Positions 18,540 through 38,596 are shown, numbered from the stretch's first letter. The stretch: DNA of 64,000 nucleotides from the human T2T-CHM13v2.0 reference genome, Homo sapiens (GCF_009914755.1 NC_060927.1); one strand, 5' to 3'. Notes: generated by a model not told the origin, from the sequence alone. Made by a program: numbers and translations.

Positions 18540-21500
18540 AATGTGATTCCTCCAGTTTTGTTCTTTTTTGCTCAGAATGGTTTTGGCTATTCTGTGTCTT
18601 TTGCGGTTCCATACAGATGTTAGGATTGTTTTTTCTATTTCTGTGAAGAATGTCATTGGTATTTTTATAGGGATTGCATTGAATCAGTAGATTGCTTTGG
18701 GTAGTATGGACGTTTTAACAATATCAATTCTTCCAATCCATGGACTATCTTTCCATTTAGTGTCCTCTTCAATTTCTTTCACCATTGTTTTGTAGTTTTC
18801 TTTGTAGAGAACTTTCACTTCTTTGATTTAATTAATTTCTAGGTATTTAATTTGTAGGTACTGTAAATGGGATTATTTTCTTGATTTCCTTTTCAGATTG
18901 TTCACTGTTGACATATAGGAATGCTACTGATTTTCATAACTTGATTCAGTATCCTCCAACTTTACTGAGTTTATCAGTTTTAATAGTTGTTTTGTGGAGT
19001 TTTTAGGTTTTTCTAAATATAAGGTCATATTAACTGAACAAGGATAATTTGACATCTTTCCTTCCACTTTGGATGCCATTTCTTTATCTCTGGTCTAATT
19101 GCTCCAGCTAGGACTTCCAGTACTATTTTGAATAACAGTGGTGAAAATGAGCATCCTTGTCATGTTCCAGATCTTAGAGAAAAGGCTTTCAGATTTTTCC
19201 TCATTCAGTATGATACCAGCCGTGAATCTGTTATATATGGCTTTTACTGTGTTGAAGTATGTTTCTAATGTACCCAGTTTTTTTAAAGATTTTTATTATG
19301 AAGGGATGTTGAATTTTATTAAATGCTTTTTCAGCATCAGTTGATCATATGGTTTTTCTCTTTCATTCTGTTGATGTGATTTAGCACATTGATTGATTTG
19401 CATATTTTGAACCATCCTTGAATTCCTGCAATAAATCCCACTTGGTCATGACAAATGGTCTTTTTAATGTGTTGTTAAATTTGGTTTGCTAGTATTTTGT
19501 TGAGGATTTTTGTGTCAATATTTATCAGATATATTGGTCTGTAGTTTTTATTTTTTGATGTGTCTTTGCTTTTGGTATTAGGGTAATCCTGACCTTGTAG
19601 AATGAGTTTGGAAGTATTTTGTTCACATTTGTTTTTTGGAATAGTTTGATTAGGATTGGCATTTGATTAGGAATAGTTTGATTAGGATTGATATATATAT
19701 ATCATATATTTCTATATATGATATATATATCATATATTTCTATATATGATATATATATCATATATTTCTATATATGATATATATATCATATATTTCTATA
19801 TATGATATATATATCATATATTTCTATATATGATATATATATCATATATTTCTATATATGATATATATATCATATATTTCTATATATGATATATATATCA
19901 TATATTTCTATATATGATATATATATCATATATTTCTATATATGATATATATATCATATATTTCTATATATGATATATATATCATATATATGATATATAT
20001 ATCATATATTTCTATATATGATATATATATCATATATATGATATATATATCATATATTTCTATATATGATATATATATCATATATATGATATATATATCA
20101 TATATTTCTATATATGATATATATATCATATATATGATATATATATCATATATTTCTATATATGATATATATATCATATATATGATATATATATCATATA
20201 TATGATATATATATCATATATTTCTATATATGATATATATATCATATATATGATATATATATCATATATTTCTATATATGATATATATAATATATATGAT
20301 ATATATATCATATATTTCTATATATGATATATATATCATATATATGATATATATATCATATATTTCTATATATGATATATATCATATATATGATATATAT
20401 ATCATATATTTCTATATATGATATATATATCATATTTTCTATATAATATATGATATATATATCATATATTTCTACATAATATATATATCATATATTTCTA
20501 CATAATATATATCATATATTTCTACATATGATATATATCATATATTTCTACATAATATATATCATATATTTCTACATATGATATATATCATATATTTCTA
20601 CATATGATATATATCATATATTTCTACATATGATATATATCATATATTTCTACATATGATATATATCATATATTTCTACATATATATCATATATTTCTAC
20701 ATATATATCATATATTTCTACATATATATATCATATATTTCTACATATATATATCAATCATATATTTCTACATATATATCATATATTTCTACATATATAT
20801 CATATATTTCTACATATATATATCATATATTTCTACATATATATATCATATATTTCTACATATATATATCATATATTTCTACATATATATATCATATATT
20901 TCTACATATGATATATATATCATATATTTCTACATAATATATATATCATATATTTCTACATAATATATATATCATATATTTCTATATAATATATGATATA
21001 TATATTTATATATATCATATATTATATATATATTTATATATATCATATATTATATATGATATATATATTATATATTTATATATATAATATATATGATATA
21101 TATTTATATGTTTATATATATTATATGATATATATTTATATATCATATAATATATAAATATATATTATATATCAATATAATATATATGATACATATTATA
21201 TATATCAATATAATATATATGATATATGTTTATATATATCATATATAAATATATATGATATATGTTTATATATATCATATATAAATATATATGATATATG
21301 TTTATATATATAAATATATATGATATATGTTTATATATAAATATATTAATATATACAATATATGTTATATATAATATATATATTATATATATATAAATAA
21401 ATGGTAAAATTTAGTAGTAAAACCATTGAGTGTCCTTTCTTTGCTGGGAGGCTTTTTATTATGGCTTTGATCTTATTACTTGTTATTAATCTGTTCAGGT

Positions 21501-22215
21501 TTTGGATTTCTTCATGGTTCAATCTTTGTAGGTTGTATGTGTCTAGGAATTTATTCATTTTTTTCTAGGTTTTTCAATTTATTGGTGTATAGTTTTTCAT
21601 AGTAGCCACTAATGATCCTTTGATTTTTCTGTGGTATCAGTTGTGATGTCTCCTTTTTCATCTCTGATTTTATTTGAGTCTTCTATTTTTATCTTAGTTT
21701 GACTAAAGGCTTGTCAATTTTGTTTATCTTTTCAAAAAGTCAGCTTTTTGTTTCATTGATCATTTGTATTTTTTTTAAATTTCTTTCTACTGTGATCTTT
21801 ATTATTTCTTTTCACTGGCTAACTTTGAGTTTGGTTTGTGCTTGCTTTTCCAGTTCTTTAAGATGTATCATTGGGTTGTTTATTTAAAGCTTTTCTTCTT
21901 TTAGACATGGGTACTTGTAGCTATAAATGTTCCTCTTAGTACTGCTTTTGCTATATCCAGTAGGTTTTGGCATGTTGTGTTTCTGTTGTTTGTTTCAAGA
22001 AAATTTTCAATTTCCTTCTTAACCTCTTCATTGACTCACTTTTCATTCAGGAGCATATTGTTTAATTTTCATGTGTTTGTATAGTTTCCAAAATTCCTGT
22101 TGTTACTGATTTCTGGCTTTATTCCATTGTGGTTAGAGAGGATACTTGATGTTTTAAGACTTGTTTTGTGTCCTAACATATGGTCTATCATTGAGAATGA
22201 TCATGGCTGAGAAAA
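18540..22215 (-). mobile_element. older L1 (L1MA/L1PB-like) ORF2 fragment interrupted by a VNTR
   Basis: ORF2-like peptide [23 protein letters not shown]; ORF2 sequence is continuous across 19690-21395. Confidence 0.85.
19690..21395. repeat. compound AT-rich minisatellite (28-bp, 20-bp and 48-bp composite units, decaying to TA-rich sequence)
   Basis: tandem atatatatatcatatatttctatatatg and atatatatatcatatatatg; later units carry ttctacat. Confidence 0.98.
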
Positions 22216-22259
22216 AAATGCTAACTTTAATAGGCACTGCCAAACAGCTTTCCAAATAG

Positions 22260-22607
<348 letters not shown>

Positions 22608-22728
22608 GGTTTTCTGTATCTTTTTATCTTTCACCAAAACTCTTGGTTTTGTCAGCCTTTTTCATTTGTCCATTCTGCTGAGCAATTACTAACATTTCAG
22701 TGTAATTTTGTTTTTTTCCTAATGATTA

Positions 22729-22898
<170 letters not shown>

Positions 22899-22942
22899 GA
22901 ACACCTCATTATAAGCTAACTGGCCATTTGGGTATATCAGTA

Positions 22943-23229
22943 CAGTTTGAGTATCTGTTATGTAAAATATTTCAGATTTTGTTCAGATTTTGAAGTATTT
23001 GCATATATATAATAAGATGTCTTGGAGAAGGGACCCGAGTCTAGACACGCAATTCATTTATATTTCATGTATACTTTATACATGTAGTCAGAAGGTAATT
23101 TTATATGCTGTTTTTAATAGTTTTAGACCTGAAACAAAGATAACAGGTATGGCATTTTCCACTTGTGGCATCATGTCGGTGTTCAAAAGTTTTGGATTTT
23201 CAACTTTTAGATTATGAATGCTCATCCTG
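22943..23229. mobile_element. Tigger4b/Zombi-type MITE
   Basis: ta-cagtttgagtatc...atgctcatcctg-ta termini; shares internal motifs with 52788-54088. Confidence 0.8.
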
Positions 23230-23399
23230 TATCTTATTTTGTAAAGTTCCTATTCTTCTGTTCAGTTTTTAAAAAATTACCAGTGTTTTTATTGATTTGT
23301 AGACATGTTTAATTATCTTGGATAGGAATCTTTTATTGTATATATTGTTAGAAATATAGTCTCCTACACTGTAGCTTGTATTTTTAATCCCAGTGGTGT

Positions 23400-23515
23400 C
23401 TTTTTTTGGAGGGGTGTGGGGTAAGACTATAGGCATGAGCTACCACCACACCTGGTAAAGTTTTTTATTTTCCTTTTCTTGTAGAGATGGGTTCTTGCTA
23501 TGTTGCCTAGGCTGT
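23400..23515 (-). mobile_element. Alu internal fragment
   Basis: gactataggcatgagc...gtagagatggg...ctatgttgcctaggctg; flanked by repeated cagtggtgtcttt. Confidence 0.7.
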
Positions 23516-23883
23516 CAGTGGTGTCTTTGGTGAACACAAATTCTTATGTTTAATGTAGTCTACTTTATCAGCCTTACCCTTTATACCTAGCGCTTTTTAT
23601 GTTGTTTTTAAGAAATCTTTGTTTATTGCAAATTCATGACTGGATTACCACTTAGAAACTTTATTGTTTTCCTTTTACATTCAGATCTAATATACATCTG
23701 GAGTTGAATTTTAGTCATGGAAATATGGGATCAATTGATTAGTTGAACAGGCACCTCATGTTAAAAAGAAAATGCTTTTCTCACTATACTGCAGTGCCAC
23801 CTTTGTCATAAACCTAGTGACTGTATATGTGTGGGTCTCTTTCCAGATTCTGTTTTATTTCATTAGTTTATTTATAGATTCTA

Positions 23884-25823
23884 TTTTTTCCCTTCAAATT
23901 TTATTGTAAGTTCTGGGGTACATGTGCAGGATATGCAGGTTTGTTACATAAACGTGTGCTGTGGTGCTTTGCTGCACAGATCAACCCATCACCTAGGTAT
24001 TAAGCCCAACATCTATCAGCTATTCTTCCTGATGCTCTTCCTCCTTCCACCCTCACCTCCAACAGGCCCCAGTGTGTGTTGTTCCCCAACCCCACCATGC
24101 ATCCATATGTTCTCATCATTCAGCTCCCACTTATAAGTGAGAACATGTGTTTGGTTTTCTGTTTCTGCATTAGTTTGCTGAAGGTAATGGCTTCCAACTC
24201 CATTCATGTCCCTGCAGAAAACATGATCTCGTTTCTTTTGTATGGCTGCATAGTATTCCATGGTGTATATATACCATGTTTTCTTTATCCAGTCTATCAT
24301 TGATGGGCATTTAGGTTGATTCCATGTCTTTGGTATTATGAATAGTACTGCAGTGAACATATATGTGCGCATGTGTCTTTATAATAGAATGATTTCTGTT
24401 CCTTTGGGTATATACAGAGTAATGGAATTGCTGGGTCAAATGGTATTTCTGCCTCTGAGGAATTGTTGCACTGTCTTCCACAATGGTTGAACTAATTTAC
24501 ATTCCCACCAACAGTGTAAAAACATTCGTTTTTCTCTGCAACCTCGCCAGCATCTGTTGTTTTTTGACTTTTAGATAATAGCCCTTCTGACTGGCCTAAG
24601 ATGGTATCTCATTATGGTTTTGATTTGCATTTCTCTAATGATCAACAATGTTGAGTTTTTTTTCATGTTTGTTGGCCGCCTGTGTTTCTCCTTTTGAGAA
24701 GTATCTGTTCACGTCTTTTGCCCACTTTTTAGTGGGGTTGTTTGTTTTTTTCTCGTAAGTTTGTTTGAGTTCCTTATAGATGGTGGATATTGACCTTTAT
24801 CAGATGGATAGATTGCAAACATTTTCTCCCATTCTGTAGGTTGTCTGTTTACTCTGATGATAGTTCCTTTTGCTGTGCAGAAGCTCTTTAGTTTAATTAG
24901 ATCCCATTTGTCAATTTTTGCTTTTTTTGCAATTGCTTTTAGTGTTTTCATCACGAAATCTTTGCCTTTTGCTGTATCCTGGATGTTATTGCCTAGGTTG
25001 TCTTCCAGGGTTTTTATGGTTCTGGGTTTTACCTTGAAGTCTTTAATCCACCTTGCGTTAATTTTTGTATAATGTATAAAGAAGGGATCTAGTTTCAATT
25101 TTCTGCATATGGCTAGCCAGTTCTCGCAATACCATTTATTAAATAGGGAATTCTTTCCTGTTACTTGTTTTTGTCAGGTTTGTCGAAGATCAGATAGTTG
25201 TAGGTGTGCAGTCTTATTTCTGAGATCTCTTTTCTGTTCCATGGGTCTATGTGTCTGTTTTTGTATCAGTACCATGCTGTTTTGGTTACTGTAGCCCTGT
25301 AGTATAATTTGAAGTCAAGTAGCATAATGCCTGCAGCTTTGTTCTTTTTGCTTAGGATTGTCTTGGCTATTTGAGCTCTTTTTTGGTTCCATAGGAATTT
25401 TAAAATAATTTCTTCTAATTTTGTGAAGAATGTCAGTGGTAGTTTAATGGGAATAGCATTGAAACTATAAATGATTCTTGGCAGTATGGCCATTTTCACG
25501 ATATTGATTCTTCCTATCCATGAGCATGGAATATTTTTCCATTTGTTTTGTCCTCTCTAATTTCCTTGAGCAGTGTTTTGTAGTTCTCCTTGAAGAGGTC
25601 CTTCAATTTTCCAACCTAGCAAAACAGGCCAACATTCAAATTCAGGAAATACAGAGAACTCCAGTAGGCTACTCCATGAGAAGATCAACCCCAAGACACA
25701 TAATCATCAGATTCTCCAAGGTTGAAATGAAAGAAAAATGTTAAGGGCAGCCAGAGAGAAAGGCCAGGTCTCCTACAAAGGGAAACCCCATCAGACTAAC
25801 AGTGAACCTCTCAGTGGAAATCC
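23884..25823 (-). mobile_element. 5'-truncated, 5'-inverted L1PA (about L1PA8-11)
   Basis: 3'UTR and ORF2 end on - (23884-25604); ORF1 fragment on + (25605-25823); TSD atttata(g/t)attct. Confidence 0.92.
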
Positions 25824-26063
25824 TATTTATATATTCTTTTAGCCAACAACATGTCTCAATTAATGTAGATTCATAAGTTTCCTTACCTAGTAGTATAAAT
25901 TATCCAAATTCCTTAAGATTTAAGGAAGTTCTTTATGATTTTCTTGGCTGTTCTTAGCCCTTTATATTTCTACCCAAATTTTAAAATGAGCATTTCAGCC
26001 CATTTACTTTCCTTAATAAGATTCCTTCTAGAACTTTGATTAGAATTGTTTTTGAATCAATAG

Positions 26064-26383
<320 letters not shown>

Positions 26384-27014
26384 GAGAATTTACATTTTTT
26401 AACAATGTTAAATTATTTAATCAGTGAATGTGATCCATGTCACCTTTAATATTTCTCAGAAATGTTTTAGTTTTCAGTATAAAGCCTTGCTTATCTTTTA
26501 TTAGCTTTAAAGTTAGAAATTTGTATTTATTTTTTCACTTGTAACTTTAAGTTTTTAAACAATTTACTTTGTAGTTTTTTATTATAGGTAGATAGACTTG
26601 ATTTGATTTTGTACATTGACTGTATATTTAGTGACCCTGTTAAATTCATTTATTAAATGTAATGATTTATTTGTAGATTCTTCTGGAAGTTCTTTGCTCA
26701 TAATTCTGTTGCCTATGAATAATGACAGTTTAACATTTCCACTTTATCTTAGATTTCAGCACTTCTACTGTAATGTGCTTTGGTCTGGATTTCTTTTTAT
26801 TTATGCAGATTGGAGTTCTTAGCACTAATTGAATTATGGCTTGATGTCTTTCTTTGACTTAAAAGAACTATGTTTTTAAATATTGCTTCTGCTCCATTTT
26901 TCTTTCTTCTCTTTCTGGAACTCCAGTTACATGTGTGTTAGATACATGGAACATACTGCTAATGTGTATGTTACCAGCGTACACAATAGTTAACATTTAA
27001 TTTATGCATATAAA

Positions 27015-27417
27015 ATTTCTTATAGATTCTGGGTATTAGTCCTTTGTGGGATGTATAGTTTGCAAGTATTTTCTCCCATTCTATAGGTTTCTTGTTTACT
27101 CTGTTGATTGTTTCTTTTGCTGTACACAAGCTCTTTAGTTTAATTAGGTCCAAATTGTCAATTTTGGTTTTCTTTGCCTAGGCCAGTGTCCAGGAGAGTA
27201 TTTTCTAGTTTTTCTTCTAGGATATTTACTGTTTCACTTCTTAGATTTAAGTTTTCAATCTACCTTATGTTAATTTTTGTATATGGTGAGAGGTAGGGGC
27301 CCAGTTTCATTCTTCTGCATATGGTTAGTCAGTTTTCCCAACATCATTTATTTAATAGTGTACTTTCTCCATTGTTTATTTTTGTGGGCTGGGTTAAAGA
27401 TCAGTTGGTTGTAGGTG
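27015..27417 (-). mobile_element. L1P ORF2 3' fragment
   Basis: [19 protein letters not shown] peptide. Confidence 0.88.
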
Positions 27418-30567
<3,150 letters not shown>

Positions 30568-30589
30568 AAAAAAATAAAAAATGAAAAAA

Positions 30590-33500
30590 TGAGGGTTTGT
30601 ATTATGAAGTGACGTTGGATTTTATTGAATGGTTTTTCTGAGTCTATTGAGATGGTCATATGTTTTTTTTTGTTTTTAGTTCCATTGATGTGGTGAATCA
30701 CATTTATTGACTTGTATATGTTTACCATCCTTGCATCTCAGGAATAAAGCCCATTTGATCATGATGAATTATCTTTTGATCTGCAGCTGAATTTGGTTTG
30801 CTAGTATTTTGTTGAGAAGTTTTGCATCTATGTTTATCAGGGATATTGGCCTGTAGTTTTTTTTTTTTTTTTATTGTGTCCTTGTCAGCTTTGGGTATCA
30901 AGATGATACTGGTTTCATAGAATGAGTTGGGGAGGCATTCCTTCTCCTCAATTTTCTTGAAGTAGTTTCAGTATGATTGGTACCAGCTCTTTTTTTGTGT
31001 ATCTGGTAGGATTCAACTGTGAATCCATCTGGTCTAAGGCTTTTGTTGGTTGCTAGGCTTTTTATCACTGATTCAGTTTCATAACTTATTATTGATTTGT
31101 TCATGGTTTCAATTTCTTCCTGGTTCAGTCTTGGGATGCTGTGTGTTTACAGGAATTTATCCATTTCCTCTAGATTTTCTAGTTTGTGCACATAGAGATT
31201 TTTGCAGTTATCTCTGGGAATCTTTTGTATTTATGTGGCATCAGTTTTATTATTTTGGATTGTGCTTATTTGGATTTTCTCTTTTTTCTTTGTTAATCTA
31301 GCTAGCAGTCTATCAATCTTTTTTTTTCAAAGAACCAAATTTCTTTTTGATCCTTTGTATGGTTTTGTTGGTTGCTATTTTGTTCAGTTCTCTGATTTTA
31401 GGTATTTCTTTTCTTCTGCTAGATTTTTATTTAGTTATTATATTTCTAGTTCTTTTAGCTGTGGCACTAGGTTGTTAATTTGAGATCTTTCTATCTTCTT
31501 GATGTAGGCATTTAGGAGTATAAACTCCATTTAGCACTGTTTTTGCTGCATCTGAGAGGTTTTGGTGTGTTGTGTTTCTATTTGTTTGAAATAATTTTTT
31601 TTTGTTTCTGCCTAATTTTGTTTTTTACGCAAAAGTTGTCCAGAAGCAACTCATTTAGTTCCCATGTATTTGTGTGGTTTTGAGAGTTCCTCTTGGTATC
31701 GATTTCTAATTTTATTCAACTGTGGTCCAAGAAGATGCTTAGTATGCCTTTGATTTTTTTTTTCAATTTATAGAGACTAGCTTTTTGGCTGAGCATGTGG
31801 TCAATCTTAGAGTATGTTCTATGTATAGATGAGCAAACTGTATTCTGTGGATTTTAGGTGGGGTATTCTGTAGATGTCTATTGGTTAAGTATCCAATTTA
31901 AGTCCAGAATTTCTTTGTTAGTTTTTTGCCTTGATGATTATCTAATTCTGTCAATGGGGTTTTGAAGTCTCCCACTATTATTGTGTGGCTGTGTGGCTGT
32001 TTTCTTAGGTCTAGTTGTAATTGTTTTATAAATCTGGGTGCTTTGTTGTTGGGTGCATATATATTTAGGATAGTTAACTCTTCTTGATGAATTTAACCCT
32101 TTATCATTATGTAATGCCCTTCTTTGTCCTTTTTATTGTCTTTGGTTTAACATCTGTTGTATCTGATATAGGAATAGCACCCCCTTCCCCTTTTTTTATT
32201 TTTCATTTGCATGATCTTTATCTCTTTACATTGAGCCTATGGGTGTCATTACATGAGACATGAGTCTCTTGAATGCAGTAGAAAGTTGGATCTCATTTTT
32301 TTTTTCATCCAATTTGCCACTCTGTATCTTTTAAGTGGAGCATTTAGGCTGTGTAGGTTCAACTTTGATATTGATATATGAGATTTTGTTTCTGTCATAG
32401 TGTTGTTAGCTAGTTACTTTGTAGGCTGGAATGGTAGTTGCTGTATAGGGTCTGTGGGTTTTGTACCTTTTTGTGCTTTTGTGTAGCAAGTATTGTTCTT
32501 TATTTTCATGTTTAGAGCTCTCGAGCATTTCTTGTCGGGCTAGACTGGTGGTGATGAATTTTCTTAACGTTTGCTTTTCTAGGAAGGATTGTATTTCTCC
32601 TATGAAGCTTAACTTAGTGATACATGAAATCTTGGCTGGCATGTTTTTTCTTTAAGAATGCTAAAAATAGGCCCCCAATCTCTTCTGGCTTATAAGGTTT
32701 CTGCTGAGAAGTCTGCTGTTTGTCTGGTGGAATTCCTTTTATAGATAATTTAGCCCTTTTTTCTAGCTAGTTTTAAGATTTTTTTTTTCACGTTGATCTT
32801 GGATAATCAGAATACTGTGTAACTTTGGGATGTTTGTCTTGTGTATCTTGCAGGTGTTCTCTTAATTTCTTGTAGCTGCATGTCAACCTCTAGCAAGATT
32901 GGGGAAATTTTTCTGAATTATACCCTCAAATACGTTTTCTAAATTGCTTACTTTCTGTTTTTTTCTCTCAGAAATGAAAATAAGTCATGGGCTTGGTTGC
33001 TTTACATAATCCCATATTTCTTGAAGGTTTTGTTTTTTTAAATTGTTTTTTCTTTGATTTTTGTCTGAGTGGGTTGACTCAAAGACTGGTCTTCAAGCTG
33101 TGAAATTCTTTCTTCTAATTGGTCTAGTCTGTTGTTAAGGTTTCCAATGCATTTTGAAATTCCTGTAGTGAAATTTTAAATTCCAGTTCTGTTTGGTTCT
33201 TTTTTTAATATAGCTATGTTGTCTTTCATATCTTGATCATTTCTCTGGTGACTTTGTATTGAATTTCAACTTCCATGAGAATCTCATTGTGTTTTCTTGC
33301 CATCTGTATTCTTAATTCTATATTGTCATTTCAGACATTTTAGTCTGGTTGGCATCCATTGCTAGAGAGCTAGTGTGATCCTTTGGAGGTGAAGAAACAC
33401 TGGCTTTTTTTATTGCCAGAGTTCTTGTGCTGATTCCTTTTCATCTGAGAGAGCTGATGTTTCTTTTTTTAAAAATTTACTTTAATTTTAATGGGCTTTT

Positions 33501-34688
33501 TTGATTTTTTATTCTTCTTTCCCTTGAGGATATGACTGTGCTGTATGTTGTATATGATCATTTCTCTTCATTTCTGCATGCTTTCAGAGGGCCAAGGTTT
33601 TGTATGGGTTCCTTGGTTACAGATAGGTTCATGTAGTCATTTTCTGAGATGCTACTTGCAACGATGTATTTTTCTTTGGTTGTGTAATTCAGGCTGCAGT
33701 CTGGTAGATGGTGTCTAAGAGTAAGAGCCAGCAGGTAGGCTTTTACTTAGTTCATGCTTGCTCACCCTCTGCGGGGCTGGAGCTGCCATAAAAGCATGAA
33801 AAGCTCTCTCTCAGCATGTGCTTGGCTTTCAGTGGGGGTGGGGCTGCCAAAGAAGCACAAAAATCATTCTTTTTCAGTGCACACCCACGAGGCCCCAGTG
33901 GGAAAGGCATCTGCCATGTCTGCAACAGTGCACTGGGGAGGGGAACAGGGGGAAAGAGATGATTCTCTCTTCATGTTCATTCCCAGGCTTTGGTGGAACC
34001 CCCTGAAGTGGTTGGTGCCACACCTGCATTCCCTTTGTCCCAAGGCGGGGCTTTGGTGTGCTGCCCTCCTCCTTCCCTTAGGTGCAGTTTGTGTTGAAGG
34101 TTATATCTCCAGGGGACCCACAACTCCCTGGGGATCCAACAGTCCCTCATGCTTGCCAGAGTCAGAGTGGGTTGTGGGGTATGTCTGCTGGTGGTCTAAG
34201 GGTGCAGTGGCTCAAGGGTGGAGAATCTCTCATCAGGGCAGTGGTACCACATGTGCACAGCTAGCATGGCACCTGCCATCTCAGTCTGCATCTGAAGGGG
34301 CAGGTTCAGCACATCTGCTCAAGGTGGCCACCTGGTTCTCTGTTCCTGAGAAGATCTCTAATTGCCACCTATTGTGTTTCCCTGGGACACGGGGTCGGGG
34401 GGTGGGCCAGAGGCGCTCTCCAGCAGTTTGGCAGTAAGCAGATTATCAGAGGGGGAAGGGGAGGAGGAAAGCACTCTCTCCTACTCTTTCTACTGGACTC
34501 TGACCTCCTTGGAGGTCAATGCCAGACAGACTTTTGCTGCTCATTTTCTGTGCGCCCCACTTCTTTGGTTGGGCATTCCAACAAGTCCTGGCTCTCCACC
34601 TTCCATTTTGCACTCCAAACTTGACCATTCACTAATAACTTTGATCTTTTTTCTGAGAAGAATTTATGCTGTTCCTAGTTGGCCATCT
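30590..34688 (-). mobile_element. old L1P (about L1PA13-16) 5'UTR, ORF1 and ORF2 up to the RT domain
   Basis: 5' end AAGATGGCCAACTAG at ~34688; peptides [32 protein letters not shown]. Confidence 0.85.
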
Positions 34689-36083
34689 TTTGGTCTGTTT
34701 CAGTTGACTGTTTTTTCCATGGTCATGTCTCCTGGTAGGCCTGATAATTTTTAATTGAATCCCAGATATCACGTATGAAAAATTATAGAGGCTTTGCATG
34801 CTGTCCTCTTCCCCTATAGAGTGCTCACCTTATCCCCTGGCTATTTGAGTAAGGCAGATTCTTTGATATGGCAGCATTATAGTCATGGTAAGGTATAGTC
34901 TACCTCTGATTAGTATCCATTTTTAGGATACACCCTCTAGTGGTTCTAGTTGAGAGGCTAGGTTGTTTACTGTGTGTTGTTTACCTTCTTGTCAAGTTCT
35001 GGATCCAATTTTTGTCTCCAAAACACTGCTAAAATCTGTTCTACTTTTAGTTTACTTTCTGCTAGTCATTTTAGTACTGAGTAATAAGCATTTTAAGAAT
35101 CAGCAAATGTGTCAAGAGGAATAACATCTCCAAGAGCATAGAGCACACCTAAATAGGCTTCTGTTTTCTTTTAAATCTTAGCCCCTCAAGTTTTGACAAC
35201 CTTGGCAGCACAAACCCCAATTTTTGTCTTCCCCGTCCTGTGTGATTGCCTAAAGCTCTCATCTATTAGTGGCCATCCTCTCTCTGGCTTCTTAGCCTTT
35301 CTTGCCAACCTAAGAATCATTAAATCTCTGATTGGGAAAATGGCATGCAAAATGTTGGGCTACCCCACTGAGTTTTCCTTCTTTCCTTGATCTTTGCTTT
35401 GTAATGCCTGGCTGTCTTGAAAACTCTTTAACTTCAAAAAGGTATGCTTTGTACTTTTTCATATGTTTTAGCTGTACTCACAGGAACTTTGGGCGGCTGG
35501 AAACTATCATCACTAGGACACAGAAATTTTCATACTTTTCAATTTGCTATGTCTATAACAATTACTTTTTTCTTCTATATTTTATTGTCATCCTTTTTTG
35601 ATCAGCTACTTTGTTGGTAATAGATATTTGGGTAGGTTAGAGCTGAAATCAAAGCTTTAGTGGATATCTATCCTGATCAATTTTAAGGGTTGAGCCTTAG
35701 AAAGGTGAGTACAAGATCATAAAACCATACTGATCACTGCAGTTTTTGTTACGTCTCCAAGAAAACTCTGGCCCATGATTATACCTTTAAACTCAGGGAT
35801 AAGCAGCATCAGGAGGAAGCTGTCTCCTTATGTTTTAATCCACCAGCCTTAAAGTCTCTGAATGGGGAGCAAGAGGATAAAGGAGTCTATGCCAGCACTT
35901 ATTTTCATCAGTACTTTGTCCCAGCAAAGCTTGCCCTTTATCCTGATTTTACCATGTTGATATGGCAACCCTAATTGTTGTTACTGATTTTATGGTGAAA
36001 GAACCAGCAATAATGTTCTTAGTTAGTATTTTTGGAGGGACAAAAGCAGTATTCAAAATAATGCCTCATACTAGTTACCTTCC

Positions 36084-36480
36084 TGCTGTGTTTTGAATGT
36101 TTGTATCCACCTCTAAATTCATGTCGAAACTTAAGCCCCAATGCAGAAGTATTGGGGGTTAAAAGAAATACCTCCTTTTAGGAGGTAACTAGGCCACGAG
36201 GGCTCTGCCCTCATGGATGAGATTAATACCCCTATAAAAATGCTGGAGGGAACTTCCAGCATGTGAGAACATAGCATTCATTCCTTCCAGAGGATGTAGC
36301 AACAGGGTACCACCTTGGAAGCAGAAAGCAGCCTTTATCAGATAATGAGTGTAGTGTACTGGTGCCCTGATCTTAGACTTTCTAGCTTCCAGAATTGTGA
36401 AAAATAGATTTTAATTGTGTATAAAGTACCCAAGTATAAGTATTTTGTTACAGCTGCGCAAATTAAATGAAACTAAGACA
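36084..36480 (+). mobile_element. MST/MLT1A-type MaLR solo LTR
   Basis: tgctgtgttttgaatgtttg...aattcatgtcgaaactta...aactaagaca. Confidence 0.85.
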
Positions 36481-36542
36481 CCACCTTCCACATAGACATC
36501 AGTTTAAGATATTCTTGAGTGTCCTCAAGTACCTCCCTCCTC

Positions 36543-36568
36543 GTGTGTGTGTGTGTGTGTGTGTGTGT
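36543..36568. repeat. (GT)n microsatellite
   Basis: visible tract. Confidence 0.95.
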
Positions 36569-36982
36569 ATAAGTGTGCATGTTAATTCCAAGAATCTCTA
36601 CTTTATTTCTCACTTCAGTGATTTTTCCACAGTTTATTTTGGGAGAGGTAGCTGGCATCCCAAACTAGTTCGCAATCTTGATAAAACAGAAAATTGCTTA
36701 CTTTAGTAGTCTTAGTAAGAATATGATTTAGTCCCTACAACTTAAGTTTCATGTCAGTGCCCCCAAATCCTAAATTGATACACTACTAAACTTTTTTATT
36801 GAGAAATAATTTACATAGACTATATTGCACACATTTAAAATATAGTTTTTATTAATTTTGACATTGGTATTCTTGTTTTGAAGTTTATCTTCTTTTGATT
36901 TAGCCACTCCAGCCTTCTTATGCTTATTGTGTTTGCATGATTATTTTTTTCTTCCAACTATTTTCAATCTTGTGTTCCTATA

Positions 36983-38596
<1,614 letters not shown>

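Noticed and set aside
19926-20937. Ile/Tyr-rich repeat proteins or a CRISPR-like array
   Set aside because: These are translations of the VNTR; there are no unique spacers and the context is eukaryotic.
33754-34754. 227-aa and 130-aa ORFs
   Set aside because: They lie antisense in a GC-richer old L1 5'UTR with no recognisable domain.
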